From sequence record MT311645.1: a stretch of DNA of 32,000 nt; one strand, written 5' to 3'. The notes under the pieces were generated by a model that had not been told where the DNA came from, searched no databases, and saw only the letters and a program-made list of their open reading frames with translations. Numbering within the stretch: position 1 is the stretch's first letter; each line of letters opens with the position of its first letter. Position numbers and translations under genes: made by a program. Below are positions 15,812 to 25,904 of this stretch, piece by piece. The DNA is from Salmonella phage vB_Sen-E22.

Positions 15812-16078
15812 TTACAGGTAGTTAGATTGCTCTAGTTTAAATTTACAATCACCATATTTAAGGTCAAACTGACTGAGATCCCACCATCCAAACTTAGTAC
15901 GGAGCTGTACTACTGGAAAGCGATCTCCCTTAATACGAACTTTTTGAATCTTGAGGCCGTAATGTTCTTCTCCCGCACCACCAAAAGATTTTACAAATCC
16001 AGTACAAAATGGTTTGGGAGCAGGTGCACAACCAGATAACATAACTGCGGTAACTAGTGCAATCACAAACTTTTTCAT
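15812..16078 (-). CDS. llp: small lipoprotein, Llp-like lytic-conversion (superinfection exclusion) candidate (88 aa)
   Basis: Signal peptide with lipobox LSGC; divergent to a pb5-like RBP gene as llp is to oad in T5. SD GGAG. Confidence 0.6.
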   Translation of the reverse strand: MKKFVIALVTAVMLSGCAPAPKPFCTGFVKSFGGAGEEHYGLKIQKVRIKGDRFPVVQLRTKFGWWDLSQFDLKYGDCKFKLEQSNYL

Positions 16079-16163
16079 ATTTATCTCTCCATTTCTAATT
16101 TATGAATCTATTATAGCAAAATAGAGGGATGAAAGCAAATACATTTTTATAATAGGAGATTAT

Positions 16164-17951
16164 ATGGGTTTTTTCGCTGGAAAATATAGCGATGGTAAGA
16201 CCGTACTATCTTTAAATACTGAATCTGGTGGTGACATTAATCGTCACTATAGTCCAAATGCCAATAGTATTTTTCATAGTGATATGCCATTTGTCCTAGT
16301 TGACGGTACTTATGAAGCTGGGTTAGGTAATGCCGGAAATGGGTTTTTTGTATGTCAGATGCCCTCTGACATAATAAATATTAAATCCAACGACCCAGGT
16401 AGAGTTATACTAACTGCTATTGAGATTAATGGTACTCATAGGGCTTTTCTTAATGGTACTCAATCTCAAGTTGGTCAATTTACTGCATTTTTTGAAGATC
16501 CGCCTATTGGTAGGGCAGGTGCAGAAGTAGGTCTTACGTCAGCTTTTGCATCAGGTAATAGTTTAGCACATGGCACCTATATTTATAACTCTGGTTTAGG
16601 CCATGAAGAATCAATTGCTAGGCAGGGTACAGGTGGTACCATATCTCAAGCCTCTGGGTTTAATTTATATAGGCCGGGAGGAGCATATGCTGGTGAGGCT
16701 ATAGGTAGGGCATGGACTTTAGCAGGATTTCCAGCAGGAGCGTCTACAGTACCTATAGATGGTGGTAATGCTGACTACTGGCACCCTAATTGGCAAGCTC
16801 CTATAGGAGCCGCCTATAGAGGACATAATTGGTTCTACGTTTGTAACTCTAATATACGAGGTTATGTAGGTAAAAAGGGCACAGTACCGGCTAATGTTAA
16901 CTTATTGTATCAATCTCCTACTTACCCTGATAAGGTTTATATATGCAAAGGTTCAACATCTAATTTAGCGGCACAAGCCGCTAAGAAAGTATATGTGCAG
17001 GATGGCTATAATATTACACCTACCAAAGTTATTTGGTATGTACTTAATCTAAGGTACTCTAATGGTAATATGGGCGTATCTGGTAATCCATTTACTGGGT
17101 CAGATATACTTATAACTCCATCTAATTTTACTATAAAAGGGGTTAGTTTACCAAATACTGGATATAAGTTTATCAACCAAAATGCTTTTGGTAACTTAGG
17201 CTATAGGCCAGATATGGAATACGTCGGAAATAACGCAGCGTACACTGGAGCCTTCGGGGATACCACTGCGCGTTGTGAAATTGTAGGATCTAGTAACGGA
17301 TCTTTATGGTCTCCTGTAGATTATGGAGGAGCTAAGTCTCAAATTAGTATTTACAAATTCGGAGCGGGTAAGCAATGGTACGTAAACTCAAGTAATAACA
17401 CTATAGGTAATGAGCATGGAGCTGTGTGGAGTCCTAGTACTGTACCCTTAAGACTATTTCCTAATAACGTTGCTAGTACCTACGTTGGTGATGACATAAC
17501 CCCAACGTATCCTGGAGCAGGCAATTATTATAGAGCTTTGGCCACCATAGGATTAGGATTGCCTAATGCTAACGCAACAGTAATATTAACTACTGAAGTT
17601 ATTATGGGGAATATTAATACCGCAGGAGGAGCTATACGCACATACGGTGGTGTTGCTTGGCAAGTACAAGGAAGAAGACAGCATAGTTACACGGAAGGTG
17701 ATGGAATATTCCATCAAATATTGACCCTACCTCCTGGATACTTAGTTCCCTACCACTCCACTACTGCATACAGCTATACTCAAACTTGGGCAAGTAGACC
17801 TGATGAGTTAACATTTAGAAGAAACGGATATATTTATACTATTAAAAATCTAGGAAATGGTAATGCTGAATTGGGCGTAGTTATTCATGCTGATGAGGCT
17901 GCAGCTATCTTCCTACCGAGATTAAGAGTAACAGTTCAACGCCTTACCTAA
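16164..17951 (+). CDS. oad: receptor-binding tail tip protein, T5 pb5/Oad family (595 aa)
   Basis: N-terminus [43 protein letters not shown] and C-terminus RVTVQRLT resemble T5 pb5; synteny with llp and terminase; SD AGGAG. Confidence 0.85.
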
Positions 17952-17961
17952 AGGAGGAAAT

Positions 17962-18444
17962 ATGGCAAATGATGTATTAGTACCAGATCTTATGTCCCCT
18001 GAAGGGATGGATGTAATTGAAGCTTATTTACAGTGTGGCAGTGATGTGCCTTCTGCCGCACGTAGTCTTGGGATGTCCGAAATTGCTTTTCGAGATATTA
18101 TGAATCGTAGTGAAGTTAAGAACTACTTAAACGATATTTTTATGGAGAGTGGATTCCGTAACAGAGATCGTTTGTTCGGTGTTCTAGATGAAGTTATTAA
18201 ACGTAAGCTGGAGGAACTGGAAGAAACTGGCATGGGTTCTGATCAGGATATTATGGATATTCTCTGGAAGGCACATAAGATGAAAATGGAAGAAATGAAA
18301 ATGATGGTAGAATTGGAGAAAGTGAAGGCAGCAGCCCGTACTCCAGCCAATCAGACCAACATCCAGAATAATATTATTGCTGGAGCTGGGGATCAAAATT
18401 ACATGGACTTAATTACTTCCCTAGCTACTGGAGGTAAGAAGTAA
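17962..18444 (+). CDS. terminase small subunit (160 aa)
   Basis: Position directly upstream of TerL with stop/start overlap; N-terminal HTH-like segment ([19 protein letters not shown]). Confidence 0.75.
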
Positions 18445-19760
18445 TGGAAGTATCAAGACCCTACGTTAACACAGTAGATGTTATTGATTTCGGAATAGAC
18501 AAACGTTTCTTTCGTCTACCTGTTTCTGGAATATTAGCGCAAGAAGGTATTACACCTAATGGTCCTCAAATAGCGATTATCAATGCGCTAGAAGACCCTA
18601 GGCATCGTTTTGTAACGGCGTGTGTATCACGCCGTGTGGGCAAGTCCTTTATAGCATATACACTTGGGTTCCTAAAACTGCTGGAACCTAATGTGAAAGT
18701 ACTAGTAGTTGCTCCTAACTATTCACTGGCCAATATCGGATGGTCTCAGATTCGTGGTCTTATTAAAAAGTACGGCCTACAAACCGAACGTGAGAACGCT
18801 AAAGATAAAGAGATTGAGCTGGCAAACGGCTCACTGTTTAAACTAGCTTCCGCGGCGCAGGCTGACTCAGCAGTCGGACGTTCATATGACTTTATCATCT
18901 TTGACGAGGCGGCAATTTCCGATGTAGGTGGTGATGCCTTCAGAGTTCAGCTGCGTCCTACTCTAGATAAGCCTAATTCTAAGGCTCTATTTATCTCTAC
19001 TCCTCGTGGTGGTAACTGGTTTAAAGAGTTTTATGCCTATGGATTTGATGATACATTACCTAACTGGGTATCTATTCATGGTACATATCGTGATAACCCA
19101 CGTGCTGATCTGAATGATATCGAAGAAGCACGTCGTACAGTTAGTAAAAACTACTTCCGTCAGGAATATGAGGCTGACTTCTCTGTATTCGAAGGTCAGA
19201 TCTTCGATACCTTTAATGCTATTGATCATGTTAAAGACCTTAAAGGTATGCGTCACTTCTTTAAAGATGATGAAGCATTCGAAACATTACTTGGCATTGA
19301 CGTGGGTTATCGTGATCCTACAGCAGTTCTTACTATTAAATATCATTACGACACGGATACTTACTATGTATTAGAGGAGTACCAGCAAGCGGAGAAAACT
19401 ACAGCTCAGCATGCTGCTTACATTCAGCACTGTATAGATCGTTATAAAGTTGATCGTGTTTTTGTTGACTCTGCCGCAGCTCAGTTCCGTCAGGACTTAG
19501 CTTATGAGCATGAAATTGCATCAGCCCCAGCTAAAAAGTCTGTCCTAGACGGTCTAGCATGTTTACAAGCACTATTCCAGCAAGGTAAGATTATTGTAGA
19601 TGCTTCATGTTCCTCATTAATCCATGCATTGCAGAACTATAAGTGGGATTTCCAAGAAGGTGAAGAAAAATTATCACGTGAAAAACCACGTCATGATGCT
19701 AACTCTCACCTTTGTGATGCTCTGCGCTATGGAATTTACTCTATTTCCCGTGGTAAATAA
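18444..19760 (+). CDS. terminase large subunit (438 aa)
   Basis: Walker A-like CVSRRVGKSF, Walker B FIIFDEAA, motif LFISTPRG, nuclease motifs GIDVGYRDPTA and DANSHLCDALRYG. Confidence 0.96.
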   Translation: MEVSRPYVNTVDVIDFGIDKRFFRLPVSGILAQEGITPNGPQIAIINALEDPRHRFVTACVSRRVGKSFIAYTLGFLKLLEPNVKVLVVAPNYSLANIGWSQIRGLIKKYGLQTERENAKDKEIELANGSLFKLASAAQADSAVGRSYDFIIFDEAAISDVGGDAFRVQLRPTLDKPNSKALFISTPRGGNWFKEFYAYGFDDTLPNWVSIHGTYRDNPRADLNDIEEARRTVSKNYFRQEYEADFSVFEGQIFDTFNAIDHVKDLKGMRHFFKDDEAFETLLGIDVGYRDPTAVLTIKYHYDTDTYYVLEEYQQAEKTTAQHAAYIQHCIDRYKVDRVFVDSAAAQFRQDLAYEHEIASAPAKKSVLDGLACLQALFQQGKIIVDASCSSLIHALQNYKWDFQEGEEKLSREKPRHDANSHLCDALRYGIYSISRGK

Positions 19761-19772
19761 ATAAGTATAGGA

Positions 19773-19798
19773 TGGGATACTACTCAGTTGGTATCCCA
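19773..19798. terminator. hairpin after TerL
   Basis: TGGGATAC(19773-19780)/GTATCCCA(19791-19798); no immediate U-tract. Confidence 0.4.
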
Positions 19799-19819
19799 TT
19801 CCTGCATTTTAAAATCCCC

Positions 19820-19848
19820 TTTACAAATTCGATACGATTATGTATACT
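19820..19848 (+). promoter_or_regulatory. sigma70 promoter upstream of the HNH gene
   Basis: TTTACA (19820-19825), 17 bp, TATACT (19843-19848). Confidence 0.65.
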
Positions 19849-19874
19849 ATATTCATACAGTTGAGGAGAACACT

Positions 19875-20312
19875 ATGGCAAGCAATGTAAAATATAAACG
19901 CGATGCTATATCCCTTATGAGAGACGGAATAAAAAGTCAATATAAAAAAGACTCTCAATGTGCTATCTGCGGTTGTGCTGAAGAATTAGAGCTTCATCAT
20001 TACCATACGGTGTCTCTACTAGTTAAAAAATTTGCTAAAGAACTCCAATTGGATTTCACTGACGAAGAAATAGTCCTTTCAAATAGGACGGCATTCTATG
20101 ATCGATATAGGCATGAGCTAGTAGAAGACACTGTTACCCTTTGTGTACACCATCACCAATTATTACATAAGGTTTACACAAAAGAACCTCCTTTATTTTC
20201 TGCTAATAAGCAAAAAGTGTGGGTTCAAAAGCAGAAAGACAAATTACAGAATCCTCAAGAAAAGACACAAGTCAAGACTGAAACAAAATCAGGATTCGCA
20301 AGGTTCTTATAA
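19875..20312 (+). CDS. HNH-like protein located between TerL and portal (146 aa)
   Basis: CAICGCAEELELHHYHTV...VTLCVHHHQLLHKVY matches HNH/Zn ribbon spacing. SD GAGGAG before ATG 19875; ORF track start 19788 lies upstream of the predicted promoter. Confidence 0.75.
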   Translation: MASNVKYKRDAISLMRDGIKSQYKKDSQCAICGCAEELELHHYHTVSLLVKKFAKELQLDFTDEEIVLSNRTAFYDRYRHELVEDTVTLCVHHHQLLHKVYTKEPPLFSANKQKVWVQKQKDKLQNPQEKTQVKTETKSGFARFL

Positions 20313-21529
20313 TGGGTTTTAAAAGCTGGATTACTGAAAAGCTAAATCCGGGTCAACGTATTATAAGAGACATGGAACCAGTTAGTCATCGCACTAACCG
20401 TAAGCCTTTTACCACTGGACAAGCCTACAGTAAAATTGAGATTCTCAATAGAACTGCTAACATGGTTATAGATAGTGCGGCGGAGTGTTCTTATACTGTC
20501 GGAGATAAATATAATATTGTCACGTATGCCAATGGCATCAAGACAAAGACTCTAGACACTCTCTTAAATGTACGACCTAATCCATTCATGGATATAAGCA
20601 CATTCCGTAGACTTGTAGTCACTGACCTACTTTTTGAAGGTTGTGCATACATCTATTGGGATGGCACAGCACTTTATCATGTCCCTGCTGCACTAATGCA
20701 AGTAGAGGCAGATGCCAATAAGTTTATCAAAAAATTTATATTTAATAACCAGATAGACTATCGCGTAGATGAGATTATCTTTATAAAGGATAACAGTTAC
20801 GTGTGTGGCACAAATTCTCAAATTTCTGGGCAATCTCGTGTTGCTACTGTTATTGATTCTCTTGAGAAGCGTTCTAAGATGCTTAACTTTAAAGAGAAGT
20901 TCCTCGATAACGGAACCGTGATTGGTCTTATTCTTGAGACGGATGAAATCCTGAACAAGAAATTGCGTGAGCGTAAACAAGAAGAATTACAACTCGATTA
21001 TAATCCTAGTACGGGTCAGTCTTCTGTCCTGATTCTAGATGGTGGTATGAAAGCTAAACCGTACTCCCAAATATCCTCTTTTAAAGATCTAGACTTTAAG
21101 GAAGACATCGAAGGATTTAATAAATCTATTTGTCTAGCCTTTGGAGTTCCGCAAGTACTGCTTGATGGTGGTAATAATGCGAATATTCGACCAAACATCG
21201 AATTGTTCTATTATATGACTATCATTCCTATGCTGAACAAACTGACTAGTTCTCTTACTTTCTTTTTTGGTTATAAGATTACTCCTAATACTAAGGAGGT
21301 AGCTGCATTAACACCAGATAAAGAAGCTGAGGCTAAACATTTAACCTCATTGGTTAATAATGGTATTATGACTGGTAACGAGGCTCGTTTAGAGCTGAAC
21401 CTTGAACCTTTAGATGATGAGCAGATGAATAAGATTCGTATTCCTGCTAACGTTGCTGGTTCTGCAACAGGTGTATCTGGTCAAGAAGGTGGTAGACCTC
21501 AAGGTTCCACCGAGGGAGATAAAGAATGA
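20312..21529 (+). CDS. portal protein (405 aa)
   Basis: Order TerL-HNH-portal; motifs typical of the HK97-type portal family (SFKDLDFKEDIEGFNKSICLAFGVPQVLL). Confidence 0.9.
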   Translation: MGFKSWITEKLNPGQRIIRDMEPVSHRTNRKPFTTGQAYSKIEILNRTANMVIDSAAECSYTVGDKYNIVTYANGIKTKTLDTLLNVRPNPFMDISTFRRLVVTDLLFEGCAYIYWDGTALYHVPAALMQVEADANKFIKKFIFNNQIDYRVDEIIFIKDNSYVCGTNSQISGQSRVATVIDSLEKRSKMLNFKEKFLDNGTVIGLILETDEILNKKLRERKQEELQLDYNPSTGQSSVLILDGGMKAKPYSQISSFKDLDFKEDIEGFNKSICLAFGVPQVLLDGGNNANIRPNIELFYYMTIIPMLNKLTSSLTFFFGYKITPNTKEVAALTPDKEAEAKHLTSLVNNGIMTGNEARLELNLEPLDDEQMNKIRIPANVAGSATGVSGQEGGRPQGSTEGDKE

Positions 21530-22020
21530 TTGATTATAATGGTCTAAAGACCATTTTTGGTGAAAAACTGCCAGAATCTCATATCTTCTTTGCTACGGTC
21601 GCTGCGCATAAATATGTTCCTAGCTATGCTTTTCTGCGTAGAGAACTAGGACTTTCATCTGCGCATACTAACCGTAAAGTATGGAAGAAATTTGTAGAGG
21701 CTTATGGTAAAGCAGTTCCTCCTGCCCCACCGGCTCCACCATTAACTCTTTCTAAAGATTTAACTGCGAGCATGTCAGTTGAAGAGGGGGCAGCATTAAC
21801 ACTTTCTGTTACTGCAACTGGTGGTACTGGTCCATATACTTATGCGTGGACTAAAGATGGTTCTCCTATTCCGGAAGCTTCAGGAGCTACCTATACTAAG
21901 CCTGCAGCAGCTACGGAGGATTCTGGAGCCTATAAAGTAACTGTAACAGACAGTAAGCAAGTAAGCAAGGACTCTACTACATGTGCTGTGACAGTTAATC
22001 CTACTGTTCCTGGAGGCTAA
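21526..22020 (+). CDS. Ig-domain decoration protein, T5 pb10-like (164 aa)
   Basis: C-terminal Ig-like fold sequence (ALTLSVTATGGTGPYTYAWTKDGSPI...); size and position as T5 pb10. Confidence 0.8.
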   Translation: MIDYNGLKTIFGEKLPESHIFFATVAAHKYVPSYAFLRRELGLSSAHTNRKVWKKFVEAYGKAVPPAPPAPPLTLSKDLTASMSVEEGAALTLSVTATGGTGPYTYAWTKDGSPIPEASGATYTKPAAATEDSGAYKVTVTDSKQVSKDSTTCAVTVNPTVPGG

Positions 22021-22023
22021 TAA

Positions 22024-22656
22024 ATGACACAAGCTGCTATTGACTATAACAAGTTAAAATCAGCACCGGTTCATTTAGATGCTTATATTAAATCTATTGA
22101 TAGCGAATCCAAAGAGGGTGTTGTAAAAATCCGTGGATTCGCTAATACAATTAGTAAAGATCGCGCTGGTGATGTAATTCCTGCTTCGGCATGGAAAACA
22201 TCTAATGCACTTGCTAACTACATGAAAAACCCGATTATTCTTTTCGGACACGACCATCGTCGTCCAATCGGCAAGTGTATTGATCTTAACCCTACTGAAA
22301 TGGGTCTCGAAATCGAATGCGAGATCTATGAAAGTTCTGATCCGGCTATCTTTTCACTAATTAAAAACGGTGTACTGAAAACTTTTAGTATCGGATTCCG
22401 CTGCCTAGACGCAGAGTGGGATGAGGCTACTGATATATTTATTATTAAAGATTTAGAACTATACGAAGTTTCGGTAGTTTCTGTACCTTGTAATCAGGAC
22501 TCAACATTCAACCTCGCTAAGAGTATGAATGGGCATGATTACACTGAATGGCGAAAATCTTTTACTGCAATAAGTTCTAAAGCTGTCCCAGCTCAAGAAC
22601 GTAATCTTTCTGAACTAGAAAAACTTGCGATAGCTTTAGGCTACGTTAAAGAATAA
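22024..22656 (+). CDS. prohead protease (210 aa)
   Basis: IKSIDSESKEGVVKIRGFANTISKDRAGDVI and PIILFGHDHRRPIGK resemble HK97-family proheads proteases; upstream of the capsid gene. Confidence 0.9.
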   Translation: MTQAAIDYNKLKSAPVHLDAYIKSIDSESKEGVVKIRGFANTISKDRAGDVIPASAWKTSNALANYMKNPIILFGHDHRRPIGKCIDLNPTEMGLEIECEIYESSDPAIFSLIKNGVLKTFSIGFRCLDAEWDEATDIFIIKDLELYEVSVVSVPCNQDSTFNLAKSMNGHDYTEWRKSFTAISSKAVPAQERNLSELEKLAIALGYVKE

Positions 22657-22673
22657 CGGAGAATTATTTAAAA

Positions 22674-24050
22674 ATGACTATTGATATTATTAAGCTGAAA
22701 GAAGAACTTGGTCTGGGTGATCTGGCTAAATCTCTGGAAGGTCTGACCGCTGCTCAGAAAGCTGCTGAAGCTGAACGTATGCGTAAAGAGCAGGAAGAAA
22801 AAGAACTGGCTCGTATGAATGACCTGGTTTCTAAAGCAGTTGGCGAAGATCGTCAGAAACTGGAACAAGCTCTGGAACTGGTTAAGTCTCTGGATGAGAA
22901 ATCTAAGAAGAGCGCAGAACTGTTTGCACAGACTGTAGAAAAACAGCAGGAAACTATTGTTGGTCTCCAGGATGAAATTAAATCTCTGCTGGCAGCTCGT
23001 GAAGGTCGTTCCTTCGTCGGTGATAGCGTAGCTAAAGCACTGTACGGTACTCAGGAAGCTTTTGAAGATGAAGTTGAAAAACTAGTTCTTCTGTCTTATA
23101 TGATGGAGAAGGATGTATTTGAAACCGAACATGGTAAGGCCCACATTAAAGCTGTTAATACTTCTTCCTCTGTACAGGTTTCCAGTGAAAACTATGAAAC
23201 TATTTTCTCTACCCGTATCCTTCGTGACCTGCAGAAAGAGTTAGTAGTTGGTGCACTGTTTGATGAACTGCCAATGTCCAGCAAAATTCTTACTATGCTG
23301 GTTGAGCCTGAAGCTGGAAAAGCTACTTGGGTAGATGCTTCCAAATTCGGTACTGATGAAACTGTTGGTAGCGAAGTTAAAGGTACTCTGACTGAGATTA
23401 GTTTCAAAACTTACAAGCTGGCTGCTAAGTCCTTCATCACTGATGAAACTGAAGAAGATGCAATCTTCTCCCTGCTGCCTCTGCTGCGTAAGCGTCTGAT
23501 CGAAGCACATGCCGTTTCTATCGAAGAAGCGTTTATGACTGGTAATGGTACTGGTCAGCCAAAAGGTCTGTTGACTCTGGCTAGTGAAGATAGTGCTAAA
23601 GTTACCACCGAAGCTAAAGCTGATGGTTCTGTACTAGTAACTGCTAAAACCATTTCTAAACTGCGTCGTAAACTCGGCCGTCATGGTCTGAAACTGAGCA
23701 AACTGGTACTGATCGTATCTATGGATGCTTACTACGATCTGCTGGAAGACGAAGAATGGCAAGATGTTGCACAGGTTGGTAATGATGCTGTTAAACTGCA
23801 AGGTCAGGTTGGTCGTATTTATGGTCTGCCGGTTGTAGTTTCTGAGTACTTCCCAGCTAAAGCAGCAGATAAAGAGTTCGCAGTTATTGTTTATAAAGAT
23901 AACTTCGTAATGCCGCGTCAGCGTGCTGTTACTGTTGAACGTGAGCGCCAAGCTGGTAAACAGCGTGATGCGTACTACGTTACTCAGCGTGTTAACCTGC
24001 AACGTTACTTTGCAAATGGCGTTGTATCTGGTGCTTACGCTACCGTTTAA
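22674..24050 (+). CDS. major capsid protein, T5 pb8-like, with N-terminal delta domain (458 aa)
   Basis: Coiled-coil N-terminus followed by HK97-fold capsid sequence; size equals that recalled for T5 pb8. Confidence 0.93.
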   Translation: MTIDIIKLKEELGLGDLAKSLEGLTAAQKAAEAERMRKEQEEKELARMNDLVSKAVGEDRQKLEQALELVKSLDEKSKKSAELFAQTVEKQQETIVGLQDEIKSLLAAREGRSFVGDSVAKALYGTQEAFEDEVEKLVLLSYMMEKDVFETEHGKAHIKAVNTSSSVQVSSENYETIFSTRILRDLQKELVVGALFDELPMSSKILTMLVEPEAGKATWVDASKFGTDETVGSEVKGTLTEISFKTYKLAAKSFITDETEEDAIFSLLPLLRKRLIEAHAVSIEEAFMTGNGTGQPKGLLTLASEDSAKVTTEAKADGSVLVTAKTISKLRRKLGRHGLKLSKLVLIVSMDAYYDLLEDEEWQDVAQVGNDAVKLQGQVGRIYGLPVVVSEYFPAKAADKEFAVIVYKDNFVMPRQRAVTVERERQAGKQRDAYYVTQRVNLQRYFANGVVSGAYATV

Positions 24051-24069
24051 TACAGGCTTTTCAGCCGAT

Positions 24070-24095
24070 AAGGAGAGCTTCGGCTCTCCTTTTTT
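24070..24095 (+). terminator. intrinsic terminator after the capsid gene
   Basis: AAGGAGAGC-TTCG-GCTCTCCTT followed by a T tract. Confidence 0.92.
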
Positions 24096-24109
24096 ATTGG
24101 GAAAAATAA

Positions 24110-24622
24110 ATGCAAATCATCACAGCAGAAGATTATAGATTATACGGTAGTTTAAAACGACCTGAATTAGAATCTGGTGTAGAAATGATGATTACTGCTG
24201 CCAATGCACTGATTACGAGCCTTCTAGGCATGGATGATGCTGATGCGGTAGACCAGTTAATCAATACAAAACCTACACGTAGGAAATATTTTCTTAGCTC
24301 ACCATCTGCTACCTCCGTAACTAAAGTGACGATTAACGATAATGAGATTGATCCAGAGCAGTATAAGCTATACTCTGATGGTATTATCCTCCTAAAGTTT
24401 AATCCTCCAGAAGGTTATATGGATGTAGCATATACACAAGGTGGATTCAATCCAATACCTGAAGATCTTAAGTTAGCAGCATGTATGCTAGTAGATCATT
24501 GGCATAAACAAGATTACCGCCAAGCTAAAACAATTGGTGGTGAAACAGTAACCTTCAATAATACTAAATCTGGTATTCCAGAGCATATTCGTACTATTAT
24601 TGAAGTATACAGGAGAGTATAA
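24110..24622 (+). CDS. head-completion/connector adaptor protein (170 aa)
   Basis: Position and size as T5 p144-like; gp6-like connector features (LKLAACMLVDHWHKQDYR). Confidence 0.7.
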   Translation: MQIITAEDYRLYGSLKRPELESGVEMMITAANALITSLLGMDDADAVDQLINTKPTRRKYFLSSPSATSVTKVTINDNEIDPEQYKLYSDGIILLKFNPPEGYMDVAYTQGGFNPIPEDLKLAACMLVDHWHKQDYRQAKTIGGETVTFNNTKSGIPEHIRTIIEVYRRV

Positions 24623-25389
24623 TGTCTCTTTCCGATCTAGCTAGACAAATTATTAAAGAGCAGCTAGATACTGCAGGACGATCTGAAAATAATAAGAATA
24701 CTGTTGTATACTCTATTGAAACAGGGTTAAAAGATCCTACCAGAGATGGTACTGTTGCTCAAGTATCTTTTAAGTTTTCAAAACCTGTATCACAAGATCT
24801 TCTTGATGTTAGAACAGCCTCTATACTAAAAGCTGTATCCTCTAGTTTAGATCTTTCGGGAGATTTAGGTGCTCTAGAAAATCTAATACAAGCAACTGCT
24901 GGTAAAAAATCTGCTGTAGGTAGAAAACGTTCTACAGGCAGAGTACAGGTAAACTTTGGAGATCCTAAAGACGTAGAGGATGGATACTCAGGTGCAATAA
25001 CAGGTGCTTCCGGACGTTTCGTGTCTAATAGCAATATGAAGGTTATATTAGAGATAGTTGCTAAAGAATACTTAATAAAGGATATGAAAAAGACAGGAGC
25101 GCCATTAAAATTTAGAACCGGTCGCTTTGCAAATTCTCTAAAAATTAAAGATGTTATGCTTAGAGACGCAGAGACTAGTAAAGGTTCTCCTGAATTGAAC
25201 GTAACATATAATTATATGACTCGTCCATATTCTGTGTTCAACCCCGCAGTATCTACATATAGAAGATTATCTCTACGACCTTATCCTGGCGCTAGAAACC
25301 CACAAAAACTTATTGGTGAGGCTATAGCAAAAGCTGCAAGAGACCTGATTCACTCCAGATATAAAATTAAGGTTAATCAAGGAACCTAA
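24622..25389 (+). CDS. head-tail joining protein, T5 p143-like (255 aa)
   Basis: Position and size; 1-nt overlap with the upstream gene. Confidence 0.65.
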   Translation: MSLSDLARQIIKEQLDTAGRSENNKNTVVYSIETGLKDPTRDGTVAQVSFKFSKPVSQDLLDVRTASILKAVSSSLDLSGDLGALENLIQATAGKKSAVGRKRSTGRVQVNFGDPKDVEDGYSGAITGASGRFVSNSNMKVILEIVAKEYLIKDMKKTGAPLKFRTGRFANSLKIKDVMLRDAETSKGSPELNVTYNYMTRPYSVFNPAVSTYRRLSLRPYPGARNPQKLIGEAIAKAARDLIHSRYKIKVNQGT

Positions 25390-25392
25390 TAA

Positions 25393-25878
25393 ATGGACCA
25401 TAGAACAAGTATTGCACAAGCTATGGTTGACCGAATCTCTAAACAAATGGATGGTTCTCAACCTGACGAATATTTTAATAACCTATACGGAAACGTTTCT
25501 CGTCAAACTTATAAATTTGAGGAAATACGAGAGTTTCCTTATGTGGCAGTTCATATCGGAACTGAAACTGGGCAGTATCTTCCTTCAGGCCAACAGTGGA
25601 TGTTTTTAGAACTTCCAATCCTGGTGTACGATAAAGAGAAAACAGACATTCAAGAGCAACTTGAAAAACTCGTAGCGGATATAAAAACCGTTATTGACAC
25701 AGGTGGAAATTTAGAATATACTGTTAGTAAACCTAATGGATCGACCTTCCCATGTGAGGCAACTGATATGATCATTACATCAGTTAGTACAGATGAGGGT
25801 CTACTGGCCCCATATGGTTTAGCAGAAATAAATGTAACAGTGAGGTATCAGCCTCCACGTAGGTCACTTCGCAGATAA
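25393..25878 (+). CDS. tail terminator protein, T5 p142-like (161 aa)
   Basis: Position immediately before the tail tube gene; size match. Confidence 0.7.
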   Translation: MDHRTSIAQAMVDRISKQMDGSQPDEYFNNLYGNVSRQTYKFEEIREFPYVAVHIGTETGQYLPSGQQWMFLELPILVYDKEKTDIQEQLEKLVADIKTVIDTGGNLEYTVSKPNGSTFPCEATDMIITSVSTDEGLLAPYGLAEINVTVRYQPPRRSLRR

Positions 25879-25904
25879 GTTACAGATTAGGAGAAAATAA
25901 TTAA

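Noticed and set aside
19056-19374. ORFs inside the terminase large subunit on both strands
   Set aside because: The TerL reading frame carries all expected motifs; the alternatives are incidental.
22668-24138. Minus-strand ORFs across capsid and other structural genes (e.g. 23241-23510, 23634-24002)
   Set aside because: Antisense shadow ORFs produced by codon bias; no SD or operon context.
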